Shown: positions 13,225-24,902 of the stretch, piece after piece
Layout of the letters: each line of letters begins with the position of its first letter
Position numbering within the stretch: position 1 is the first letter of the stretch
From: Eledone cirrhosa
Lineage: Eukaryota
Length of the DNA stretch: 64,000 nucleotides
Direction: 5' to 3'
Assembly: GCA_964016885.1 (NCBI GenBank)
Contig: OZ024740.1
Location: 213,218,001 to 213,282,000, forward strand
Notes under the pieces: model-generated
Told to the model about the DNA's origin: nothing
What the model saw: the letters and a program-made list of their open reading frames with translations, nothing else
Databases searched by the model: none
Made by a program: the position numbers and the translations under genes

Positions 13225-13590
13225 TTGTTTCTACTTTTGGCACAAGGCCAGCAATTATTCCAGTGTATTACTGGTAATTTATTTTATCGACCCCGTAAGG
13301 ATGAAAGGCAAAGCTAACCTCGGTGGGATTTGAACTCAGATCGTAAAGGGCCGTAACTATGCTGCAAAGCATGGCATCCAGCCCTCTACCTATACTGCCA
13401 ACCCACCACCCTTTTAATAATTGTTTCTACTTTTGGCACAAGGCCAGCAATTATCCCAGTGCATTATTGGTACTTTATTTTATCAACACCGTAATGATGA
13501 AAGGCAAAGTATTTGAACTCAGACCATAAAGGGATGTAACTATGCTAGAAAGCATGGCGTCCGACCCTTTACTGATACTGCCAATTCAAT
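13225..13590 (-). mobile_element. Tandem dimer of SINE family B
   Basis: Reverse complement of the 9646-10035 dimer. Confidence 0.8.
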
Positions 13591-13764
13591 ATAATATATA
13601 CAAAGGAAAGGAAAAAAAGAAAGAGAAAAAATACACAAGCACGTAATACACACATCTTAGACCACATAGAACAAAATGCAGGCAAAAGAGTGGACAAACG
13701 AGCCACTACCAGAGCAAAAGATAGTAATATAGCGAGGAGCACTGGGAAACCTCTCTAATAATTT

Positions 13765-14150
13765 TTGAGGCAGGCCAGCACGCTCGCAGCATTACCTGGG
13801 GTGATGGCGACGCTGAGGTACTGGAACAACCAAGTGCCCTCACGAGCATCACCAGTTACCTCTGTTTGGCGAGCCACCAGTGAAGATAAGAATCTCACTG
13901 TCAGTAGCCCAACTCCCCCACAGGCTGGATAATGTAGTTAGCTGACAGAACACGGTATTTTAGGATGTTGTTCCGTTCAGCTGCGGAAGCTGTAGCTCTC
14001 GCCCTTACCGCTGCATCCAGAATGTGGGAAGAAGCAAAAGAGTCACTAACTGTGATGTCCCAGGTAAGGCACCTGCCTCTTGACCAGGTAGCACAGAATA
14101 AGACCGTCAAGTCTTTTCCCATCAATTCAGGACAACCCAGATGGTTCCAA
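13765..14150 (-). mobile_element. Fragment of restriction-like-endonuclease non-LTR retrotransposon (CRE-like) C-terminus
   Basis: WSRGRCLTWDITVSDSFASSH...AAER...KY...QP, followed by WLFQYLSVAITPGNAASVL. This resembles the LFQRLSVAIQRGNAASV end of CRE-clade ORFs. Confidence 0.65.
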
Positions 14151-14369
14151 AATTTAGGGGATGTTTGCCATGGCCAAAGCTCTTAAGTAGTAATAGGACA
14201 GTGTGTGTATGTGTGCGTGCGTGAGTTTGTCGGCGCTCTTAAATTAGAGACACGTGTGTGTGTGTCACTGTTAAGATAGACATATATATGTGTGTATCCC
14301 TTTCCTTCCTTTTACACACACATACATTCACACAAACACACATACACATTGTGTGATGGACAGGTGGAC

Positions 14370-15030
14370 AGAAGTCCCTCAAATTTATATACATGTGAAT
14401 GGAGTTCTACTGAAGCAGTTAGAGAAGTTCAAGTATCTTGGAGCTGTGTTCATGAGTAATGGAATGCAGAAGGCTGAATTAAGTGCAAGAATTGCAAGAG
14501 CTGATGCAGTAATGCGCCAGCCTCAGCATTCAGCAATCAGATGAAGGGGGTAGGTGCAAAAGCCAAACTCGCTGTCGTCCTGGTATTCCTGCCAACTCTT
14601 ACCGATGATCATGACTCTTGAGTAATGACCAAAAGAAAACAATTGCAAAGTGGCAGAAATGGGATTCCTCCGAAGGGTCTTTGGAGTAACGTTACTCGAT
14701 AAAGTGCATAGCTCAGGGACCAGAGAGTCACTCCTGGTAGAGCCGCTACTTCTCCGAATTAAGAATCACAACTCTGATATTATGACCATGTGGTTAGAAT
14801 GTCTCAGTAAAGAATCGCTGGACACATTTTACAGGCAAAACCAACCGGCAAGAGACCCAGAGGTAGACTCTGAGCAAGATAGTTGGATAACATCCATGAG
14901 TTTGGCTGGTCACGCTTTGGGATCCAACTGTATTAGAGATGTTTGCTACTGACAGACTCGCTGGAAGGAGTGTTTGGGAAGGACTCTGCCCCCACGACCC
15001 TCTCAGAAATAAGTGGGTGAAGAAGAAGAT
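14370..15030 (+). mobile_element. Second RTE-clade LINE, 3' part, decayed
   Basis: LKQLEKFKYLG...ARIARA...AEMGFLRRVFGVTLLDKV...EPLLLRI, with frameshifts and stops. Confidence 0.8.
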
Positions 15031-15469
15031 ATTGTCAATTTACTTTTCAATTTACATATATCTATATTTGCGTATAATACCAATATGCACACTACATATG
15101 CTAGCAGAAAACTGCCCAAAGGGCAGTTTTTCTGCTAGTCATAATAATGATTTCACTTGAAATATTGGGTAAATAATATTTCCATTCTATTTCTATTTTA
15201 CTTTTCTTCCTATTTTCAGTAATTTTTTGAGTATAAAGAACTTACAACGTAAATCTTTTATTTTTTCTACTTCAGGCAGAATACATAACAAACTTCAATT
15301 TTGTTTATCTTTAATTCTCGGGGAAAAAAAAGTAAAACAACATGTTTGTTTGTTTTTGATTCTCATACACATTAGTACTGTTGCCATATTCCAACTCAGT
15401 CAGTGACACACTAATAGTACACATAAAGCAACGCAAAATGGTAATGTGTATCACATATTGACAACAAGA

Positions 15470-15925
15470 TGCCCCCAGACATGAGGACAAGTTTGAAGGA
15501 TTGAAGAATGCTGATCAATTTGGATCAGAGTCTCAACATGCTACTGCTGGGTGATTTTAACTTCCCTAACGTCAAATGGCCCAAGGGCCAGCCGCACTCA
15601 GGTATGACAGCACCTGAACAAAGGCAGACAGAATCCTTGTTTGGACCTTACAAAAATACACTCATGGAATAAATGGTACTTCATCCAACAAGAGGTGAGA
15701 ATATCCTGGATCTCTGTTTCACGAATAACACGCTCATCCACAATGTGAAAGTGACACCAACAATTAGAACTAGAAATGTATATTCCAAGGAAGACTGAAG
15801 ATATACAACCGACACGAAGCACTCGGTCTCTATCTAACCTAAACTTCCACAAAGCTAACTGGAAAAGGATTCAGGAGCTCCTGAAGGAAAATTGGACTGA
15901 CAGTCTCTCTATGGAAGATGTCCAC
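15470..15925 (+). mobile_element. CR1/L2-type LINE endonuclease fragment
   Basis: LLLGDFNFPNVKW, HPTRGENILDLCFTN and LNFHKANW motifs across frames. Confidence 0.75.
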
Positions 15926-16085
15926 ACTGTAAATTGGTTGGCATTAGGAAGTGCATCCAGCCATAGAAACCAAGCCAGAAACAGTTCTGTATGAGCAAGA
16001 CACGATCACCTGGTCTGGCTTGTCCCACAACTCGTCTAACCCATGCTAGCATGGAAAAATGGACGTTAAATGATGATGAACGATG

Positions 16086-16122
<37 letters not shown>

Positions 16123-17962
16123 AATATATATAGTGGACGTGGTGGCAACATGACAAAAAGAACCCAGCCCACACTGTAAAGTGGTTGCGTAGGTGTCATG
16201 ACAAAAAGCACCCAGCACTATAAATGTGGTTGGTGTTAGGAAAGGCATCCAGCCGTAGAAACCAAGCCAAAATCAGTTTGGTAGGAGCAAGACATGGTTA
16301 TCTGACTTCGATTTGTCTCAAATAGGACTACCTGTCTAAACCTATGTTAGCGTGGAAAATGAACATTAAACAGTGATGATATATATATATACACACACAT
16401 TGTAAACCAACGCTTTAATACTTGACGATGCTAAATAGTTTTCAAGTTTTTTAAGGCACACATTTCATTTGTGTATCGTCAACGATATTTCCATCATTTT
16501 CACATCCATTTTTCCATGTTTGGACGTGTGTATTAAATAAAAATCTGTTATATTCAGGAAATGGAGCTATTGTTGTCTGCTAAAAAGAAAAGAAGCAAAA
16601 TACTCCAGGCATTTAAGTAGCCGGAAGTAAAGAAAAATTCGATAAACTTATTGAGACTTTATAAACTGGATGAAATAGTAAAAACCCATTATGTAATGAA
16701 ACTATACTCTAAACGACACTTAAAATATTTTAAATATCAAAATTTCATAAATATACACATGAAAATTTCAAAACTGCATGATCTAAACATGTGTTGATTA
16801 GCTGCCTCAACTTATTCACAGGGTTTGGATTTTTGCTCATTTCTCAGATATAAAATGGAGGAGGGGTAGACTTATATTCGAGTATATCAATAATTCACTT
16901 GCCAGTGTATCTTAACAATCACTGAACCTACAGAATAAAATATTTAAGACAGTAAAATTTGCAAGAGTAATCTCCCTTCACAATATATAGTTTGTTGGTT
17001 CCTTTTATATTCTACATAAATTGTCTTTTTGTGTTATGCAGGCATAATAAGCGGTGAGGTTGGAAAATAGATATTTTTTCTAGGCTGTCTCCTTTGATTT
17101 TTTAAAAACCTAGATTAGCCGTTTTTTTTTACATACTGTAAAGTTGTCGTGCTGGTGACGACAAAAAAGCACCCAGTACTCACTGTAAATGAGGTTGGCG
17201 TTAGGAAGGGCATCCAGCTGTAGAAATCTAGCCAAAATCAGTTCTGTATGAGCCAGGCATGGTCAACCGAATTCGCATTGCTCACAACAGGACAACTTGT
17301 CTAACCCATGCTAGCGTGGAAGAATGGAAGTAAAACGCTGATGATGATGATGATTGAAACCCCCAACATACCCTATTTATTTTACAATGTATGGGATTTC
17401 TCGGAATGTACTTTTTTCATCATGTGTTTTTTAATATATAAAGAAAAGAAAATTCCTCGAAGGAATGCTACTACTTAAAATAAAATTTCCCCAGAGGTAG
17501 ATTAGCAAAATTTGGTGGAAGACGTTGGAATAAAAGATGGGTGGAAAAAATCTTAAAAATGAATAAGCAAGGGCGGTGACCCAGCATGACCTCAGCCGGA
17601 TGGCTGGAACTAAGCAGACAGGGGAGACGATTATCTGATTTACATATTGAGACCCCAGCCTATTCTGTATGATGTATGGGATTTCTAGTAATGTATTTTT
17701 TGGTCTGTATAAAGAAAATTAATTGTAGGAATGCTACGACTTAAAATAAAATTACATTAGCAAAATTTAATAAGGGAGGGGGAGGAGTGGAAAAATCTAA
17801 AAAATTAATTAAGCAGGGACGATTATTCGAGACCCAAGAGTAAATGAGTTTTGGCTAGACATACAATATTGTAATAATTAATGGAGATGGGGCTGAACCA
17901 TTGACCCTTCAGATAACAATTCAGTGTTCCCTACTAGTTAGGCATTTATAAGTAAGATTTAC

Positions 17963-18098
17963 CGTTAATAAGTCCTTTGCAAGAGGTCCAATTTCACGAA
18001 CACAGTCTTCTAAAGGTTTTTTCAGTTGAGGAGTAAATGAATTCCACAGTAAAATTGCATTTTCTGGCCATTCCTCTTTGGACGGTAATCCAAGAATT
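17963..18098 (-). CDS. CDK6: CDK4/6 kinase exon (ILGLPSKEEWPENAILLWNSFTPQLKKPLEDCVREIGPLAKDLLT)
   Basis: cttcag| acceptor, ACG|gtaaat donor, 136 nt as in human CDK6, GLPxxEEWP motif. Confidence 0.92.
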
Positions 18099-18639
18099 CT
18101 GAAGCAGTAGAAATAACAGCAATAATAATGTAAGAACAGTTTCTAATACAAGTAGACTACAATTATTAATGTCTGCAATAATAAAAAATATTTCTGTTGT
18201 TTCAGAAGTAATGGGAATTATCAATTTAATTTAGGTGCATTTTATTTTAGCATTTTACGTTTCAATTTTTGTTTTATTTTGTGCTCACAATAGAGACAAC
18301 AGTTTCCATAAACTTCTGCAGTTTCGTATTGGCAGGATAGTTGTTTTACCCCTAGATAGGGGGAAATTGTCCTAGGCCCCCTGCAGAGTGGGGCCTCAAC
18401 AGTGACGACCGAAGCAATTTCTTTGAACCCTCAGCCAGGCTTTAGGAAAGTTAGACTTTTTGAATTTAATACCTGTATGCCTAACTTTTCAATTCCAATT
18501 TTAACATATATATAATTAATTTGACTGTGTTGGGAAGTGCACTGAAGTGCACAGGTGGATCTGTTTACTCCAGAGTATATTGATAAACATGAAGTATAAG
18601 TCAACAAGTTAAAATTAACTTTGTTTATTCATAGTCGCT

Positions 18640-18684
<45 letters not shown>

Positions 18685-18688
<4 letters not shown>

Positions 18689-18861
18689 ATATTAATAAAT
18701 GGAAACTATATTTATAAAAACATAATTAATCGATAAAAAATCGATATCAAAATTATCGGTAGCAAAATTGATGTAAGTTGGTTAACTTTATTGACAGAAA
18801 TATAAACATCAGATTCATTTGAAGATAAATTTTTATAAATATAGTTTCCATTTATTAATAT

Positions 18862-18865
<4 letters not shown>
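18685..18865. mobile_element. 181-bp MITE-like element with 36-bp perfect TIR inside (TA)n
   Basis: caatatattaataaatggaaactatatttataaaaa at 18685-18720 and its reverse complement at 18830-18865, with (TA)n on both sides. Confidence 0.65.
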
Positions 18866-18923
<58 letters not shown>

Positions 18924-18925
<2 letters not shown>

Positions 18926-19840
18926 TCAGGAAAGAAGAGTGACACGGTTTGCTATACAAAAAAGGTTTTTAATCTCATTGCTGACAATTGTTTCTCTGAG
19001 CTGGTAGGTTTAGAGATCGCTACCCGTTTGTTTTCACGTTATTCTATCACCAATACAAAGTTATAACCAGTCAATTCATCGGAGCTTGTGAGAATGAAAG
19101 GAATATACAGGCATGGGTACTATATATAGTAGTAATGGCATTCAATCAGAACAATAACAACAATACTAACAATGCTAGCAATAAATTATTTGAAATAATC
19201 ACAACATCAATCTAGGTGGGAAGTATAGTATATCTACAATTTTAGCATGTAAAACTAGCTGACATGAGGCAGATGTATAAAATTGACATGTAAAAGCTGT
19301 CATGGGGTGTATTATATATAGTGTAAAGATAAGCCGGTGGCTTTAAACAATGTAGGTCTGGTAGCCATAAAAATCATTTATTATCTGACAGATGAAGAAT
19401 TTATCACTGTAGTGAGGATAGTAATATTTGTGTGGTCTATATTAGATGTAAGGGTTGTCTAGCTTTCTCATCATCAATAACATACATGTATAAGACAACA
19501 TTAATAGAGTAGCAATATAATGCCTCATGTCAGCTAGTTTTACATGCTAAAATCGTAGATATACTATACTTCCCACTTAGATTGATGTTGTGATTATTTC
19601 AAATAATTTATTGCTAGCATTGTTAGTATTGTTGTTATTGTTCTGATTGAATGGCATTACTACTATATATAGTAGCCATGCCTGTATATTCCTTTCATTC
19701 TCACAAGCTCCGATGAATTGACTGGTTATAACTTTGTATTGGTGATAGAATAACGTGAAAACAAGCGGGTAGCGATCTCTAGAACTACCAGCTCAGAGAA
19801 ACAATTGTCAGCAATGAGATTAAAAACCTTTTTCCTGATT
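18924..19840. repeat. Long inverted repeat (~313-bp arms, ~250-bp spacer), Penelope pseudo-LTR-like, each arm with a hammerhead-like motif
   Basis: 18959-19271 matches the reverse complement of 19521-19833 with about 7 mismatches counted by eye. Confidence 0.85.
19699..19819 (+). ncRNA. Type I hammerhead-like motif with CCGAUGA core variant (mirror copy on minus strand at 18973-19093)
   Basis: tctcacaagct-CCGATGA-attgactgg...ccagctcaga-GAAA-caattg-TC-agcaatgaga, with a palindromic stem III. Confidence 0.5.
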
Positions 19841-19904
19841 TATCTTTACAACATAGGAATTACAGCGTACCTGCAACATCAGTATGGAAACGCCTTGTCA
19901 ATGC

Positions 19905-21450
19905 AAATCAGGATGTTGTTGGAGATAAATATGTCCGGAATGATGCCGGTGTACTTAGTGTCACGAATGATCAGAAAAACAAGGCCTGGAAATGTCATTA
20001 TGAGAGACTGATGAATGTGGAGAACGAATGGGAGAGAGAGAAATTACAATTAGTAGATCCGACAGAGGGACCAGCTATTGAGATTGACGAATATAGGGTC
20101 CAAGAGGGGATTAAGGAAATGAAAAATGGTAAGGCCGCTGGACCGTCGGGGATAGTTGCTGAGATGCTGAAGGTATCAGGGGACGTAGGCACTAAACTGG
20201 TTGCACGCATCATCAATCAGGCTATATATGGCGGTGTCATACCCAAAGACTGGTGCAGTAGTATTCTCATAAATTGCTACAAAGGTAAAGGGGATGCTCT
20301 GGAGAGGAGCAATTATAGGGGTATAAAATTGATCGATCAGGTTATGAAAGTGGCAGAAAGGATATTAGCGCAGCTAATTAGAGAAAGGGTCAAACTAGAT
20401 GAGATGCAGTTTGGTTTTGTGCCTGGGAAAAGTACAACAGATACCCTCTTCTTGGTGAGACAATTACAAGAGGTTCTTAGAGAAGAATAAACCACTATAC
20501 TTAGCTTTTGTTGACCTAGAGAAGGCCTTTGATAGGGTACCCCGATCTGTCATCTGGTGGTCCCTAAGAAAACTAGGTGTTGAGGAATGGCTTGTAAGGA
20601 CAGTGCAAGCTTTGTACAGAGGTGCTGTCAGTAAAGTAAGGGTAGGAATGGAATTTAGTAAGGAATTCCAGATACAAGTAGGAGTACATCAGAGTTCAGT
20701 CCTCAGCCCACTCTTGTTCTTTATAGTCCTCCAAGCCATAACAGAGGAGTGTAAGACTGGCTGTCCATGGGAACTTCTCTATGCTGACGATCTGGTTCTT
20801 ATAGCAGAATCAGTAGAGGAGCTAGAGAATATATTCTGGCTATGGAAACAGCAGTTGGAAGCAAGAGGACTGAGAGTGAACCTAGCTAAGACAAAAGTGT
20901 TGATGAGTAGAAAAGAGGACAAAACTCTGATTCCGTCAGGGAAATGGCCATGTTCGATATGCAGAAAAGGAACTGGCATAAATTCCATAAAAAGTACACA
21001 ATGCAGATCTTGGGTACACAAGAGATGTAGTGAGATAGCAGGAAAACTAACAGGTAGGGAGAAATATGTATGCAGCAGATGTACAGGGAAATTTGACAGT
21101 AGAAGTCGCATTGATAGACACATTTTTCAGATGCAGGAGGGCGCTATAGAAGTGGTGGATAGCTTCCGGTACCTAGGAGATCAGATTAGCATGGGAGGAG
21201 GGTGTTCCAAGGCCATAGTATCTAGAATAAGGATGGGTTGGAAGAAGTTTAAGGAGCTGCTTCCTCTGCTGACGAAGAAGGGTTTCTCCCTGCGTACGAA
21301 AGGCCGGTTGTATGATGCCTGTGTGAGGTGCGCGATGCTGCATGGTAGTGAGACATGGGCAGCAACTGCAGAGGATATGCGACAGCTGGAGAGAAATGAG
21401 GCAAGCATGCTCCGTTGGATGTGCAATGTCAATGTGCGTGAACGACCGAT
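19905..21450 (+). mobile_element. RTE LINE fragment (RT domain plus Cys-rich finger), frameshifted
   Basis: ORFs 20011-20490 and 20603-21487: KAAGPSG, NYRGI, QFGF, FVDLEKAFD, YADD, CxxC...HxxC...CxxC. Confidence 0.9.
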
Positions 21451-21498
21451 GTGTATATGTATCTATGTATATATATATATTTATTGATATATATATAT

Positions 21499-21860
21499 GG
21501 AGGCACATGGCTTAGTAGTTAGAGCATTGGCCTTGCAATCGAAAGGTTGTAAGTTCAATTCTCAGACCGGGTGATGTGTTGTTTCCTTGAGCAAGACACT
21601 TTATTTCACATTCCTCCAGTTTACTCAGTTGTAGAAATGAGATAATAGGGACTGAGGTTCCTATCATTCCACTGTTCCTATCATTCCACTGTAAAGTGGT
21701 TGTGGAGGTGCCACGGCAAAAAAGCACCCAGCACTCACTGTAAATGAGGTTGGTGTTAGGAAGAGCATCCAGCTGTAGAAATCAAGCCAGAATCAGTTCC
21801 CGTCCCACCCTTGCAAGCAGGGAAAAGCGGACGTAAAATGAAATGATGATGAATGATGAT
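21499..21860 (+). mobile_element. SINE family A
   Basis: Near-identical to 6037-6385. Confidence 0.85.
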
Positions 21861-22140
21861 ATATATATATATAAATATATATATATATATTGATATGTAT
21901 ATATATATATATTGATATGTATATATATATATTGATATGTTTATATATATATATTGATATATATATATATATATATATATTGATATGTATATATATATAT
22001 ATTGATATGTATATATATATTGATATGTATATATATATATATATTGATATGTATATATATATATTGATATGTATATATATATATATATTGATATGTGTAT
22101 GTATATATATATATATATATTGATATGTGTGTATATATGT

Positions 22141-24902
22141 GTTCCTACCCCCCCCCCCCCTCTCTATGCACTTCTTTAAGGCTACTACCCTGTCTTTAAC
22201 CTAATTCATTCAATCTGAAAATATTGAAGAGATAAGACACTTTCCCATTCTTCTCTGCTAAAATGTATCACTAGAGCTGATTCCAATTTTTCCAGCCATC
22301 CATCTAATCTACGAAGGTATTTTAGCCTACATATTGTCGTTAATATTATGATGTTCCCTGCTGTATTAGCGTTAAATTTTCCCTGCTGTATTAGCGATAA
22401 ATTTTCGAGGGTTTCTCTTAGTAGTTTTTCATGACGTTAATTTTACTGATGTAGTATTAACTTAACTTGGATATTTACCATGCGGTATTCTAATCCTATT
22501 GTATCTCTCTCAGTTATTTACCATGCGACCCTCAGTTCCTACCCCCCCCCTCTCTATGCACTTCTTTAAGGCTACTACCCTGTCTTTAACCTAATTCATT
22601 CAATCTGAAAATATTGAAGAGATAAGACACTTTCCCATTCTTCTCTGCTAAAATGTATCACTAGAGCTGATTCCAATTTTTCCAGCCATCCATCTAATCT
22701 ACGAAGGTATTTTAGCCTACATATTGTCGTTAATATTATGATGTTCCCTGCTGTATTAGCGTTAAATTTTCCCTGCTGTATTAGCGATAAATTTTCGAGG
22801 GTTTCTCTTAGTAGTTTTTCATGACGTTAATTTTACTGATGTAGTATTAACTTATTAACTTGGATATTTACCATGCGGTATTCTAATCCTATTGTATCTC
22901 TCTCAGTTATTTACCATGCGACCCTCAGTTCCTACCCCCCCCCCCCCTCTCTATGCACTTCTTTAAGGCTACTACCCTGTCTTTAACCTAATTCATTCAA
23001 TCTGAAAATATTGAAGAGATAAGACACTTTCCCATTCTTCTCTGCTAAAATGTATCACTAGAGCTGATTCCAATTTTTCCAGCCATCCATCTAATCTACG
23101 AAGGTATTTTAGCCTACATATTGTCGTTAATATTATGATGTTCCCTGCTGTATTAGCGTTAAATTTTCCCTGCTGTATTAGCGATAAATTTTCGAGGGTT
23201 TCTCTTAGTAGTTTTTCATGACGTTAATTTTACTGATGTAGTATTAACTTAACTTGGATATTTACCATGCGGTATTCTAATCCTATTGTATCTCTCTCAG
23301 TTATTTACCATGCGACCCTCAGTTCCTACCCCCCCCCCTCTCTATGCACTTCTTTAAGGCTACTACCCTGTCTTTAACCTAATTCATTCAATCTGAAAAT
23401 ATTGAAGAGATAAGACACTTTCCCATTCTTCTCTGCTAAAATGTATCACTAGAGCTGATTCCAATTTTTCCAGCCATCCATCTAATCTACGAAGGTATTT
23501 TAGCCTACATATTGTCGTTAATATTATGATGTTCCCTGCTGTATTAGCGTTAAATTTTCCCTGCTGTATTAGCGATAAATTTTCGAGGGTTTCTCTTAGT
23601 AGTTTTTCATGACGTTAATTTTACTGATGTAGTATTAACTTATTAACTTGGATATTTACCATGCGGTATTCTAATCCTATTGTATCTCTCTCAGTTATTT
23701 ACCATGCGACCCTCAGTTCCTACCCCCCCCCCCTCTCTATGCACTTCTTTAAGGCTACTACCCTGTCTTTAACCTAATTCATTCAATCTGAAAATATTGA
23801 AGAGATAAGACACTTTCCCATTCTTCTCTGCTAAAATGTATCACTAGAGCTGATTCCAATTTTTCCAGCCATCCATCTAATCTACGAAGGTATTTTAGCC
23901 TACATATTGTCGTTAATATTATGATGTTCCCTGCTGTATTAGCGTTAAATTTTCCCTGCTGTATTAGCGATAAATTTTCGAGGGTTTCTCTTAGTAGTTT
24001 TTCATGACGTTAATTTTACTGATGTAGTATTAACTTAACTTGGATATTTACCATGCGGTATTCTAATCCTATTGTATCTCTCTCAGTTATTTACCATGCG
24101 ACCCTCAGTTCCTACCCCTCCCTCTCTATGCACTTCTTTAAGGCTACTACCCTGTCTTTAACCTAATTCATTCAATCTGAAAATATTGAAGAGATAAGAC
24201 ACTTTCCCATTCTTCTCTGCTAAAATGTATCACTAGAGCTGATTCCAATTTTTCCAGCCATCCATCTAATCTACGAAGGTATTTTAGCCTACATATTGTC
24301 GTTAATATTATGATGTTCCCTGCTGTATTAGCGTTAAATTTTCCCTGCTGTATTAGCGATAAATTTTCGAGGGTTTCTCTTAGTAGTTTTTCATGACGTT
24401 AATTTTACTGATGTAGTATTAACTTATTAACTTGGATATTTACCATGCGGTATTCTAATCCTATTGTATCTCTCTCAGTTATTTACCATGCGACCCTCAG
24501 TTCCTACCCCCCCCCCTCTCTATGCACTTCTTTAAGGCTACTACCCTGTCTTTAACCTAATTCATTCAATCTGAAAATATTGAAGAGATAAGACACTTTC
24601 CCATTCTTCTCTGCTAAAATGTATCACTAGAGCTGATTCCAATTTTTCCAGCCATCCATCTAATCTACGAAGGTATTTTAGCCTACATATTGTCGTTAAT
24701 ATTATGATGTTCCCTGCTGTATTAGCGTTAAATTTTCCCTGCTGTATTAGCGATAAATTTTCGAGGGTTTCTCTTAGTAGTTTTTCATGACGTTAATTTT
24801 ACTGATGTAGTATTAACTTATTAACTTGGATATTTACCATGCGGTATTCTAATCCTATTGCATCTCTCTCAGTTATTTACCATGCGACCCTCAGTTCCTA
24901 CC
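22141..24902. repeat. Tandem array of seven ~394-bp units
   Basis: Units start gttcctacc(C)n at about 22141, 22535, 22928, 23322, 23715, 24108 and 24500, with a partial start near 24895. Near-identical apart from poly-C length and a 3-nt indel. Confidence 0.95.

Noticed and set aside
19300-19340. GVYYI*CKD resembling a GIY-YIG start in the inverted-repeat spacer
   Set aside because: Contains a stop and has no following YIG motif. Too short to support.
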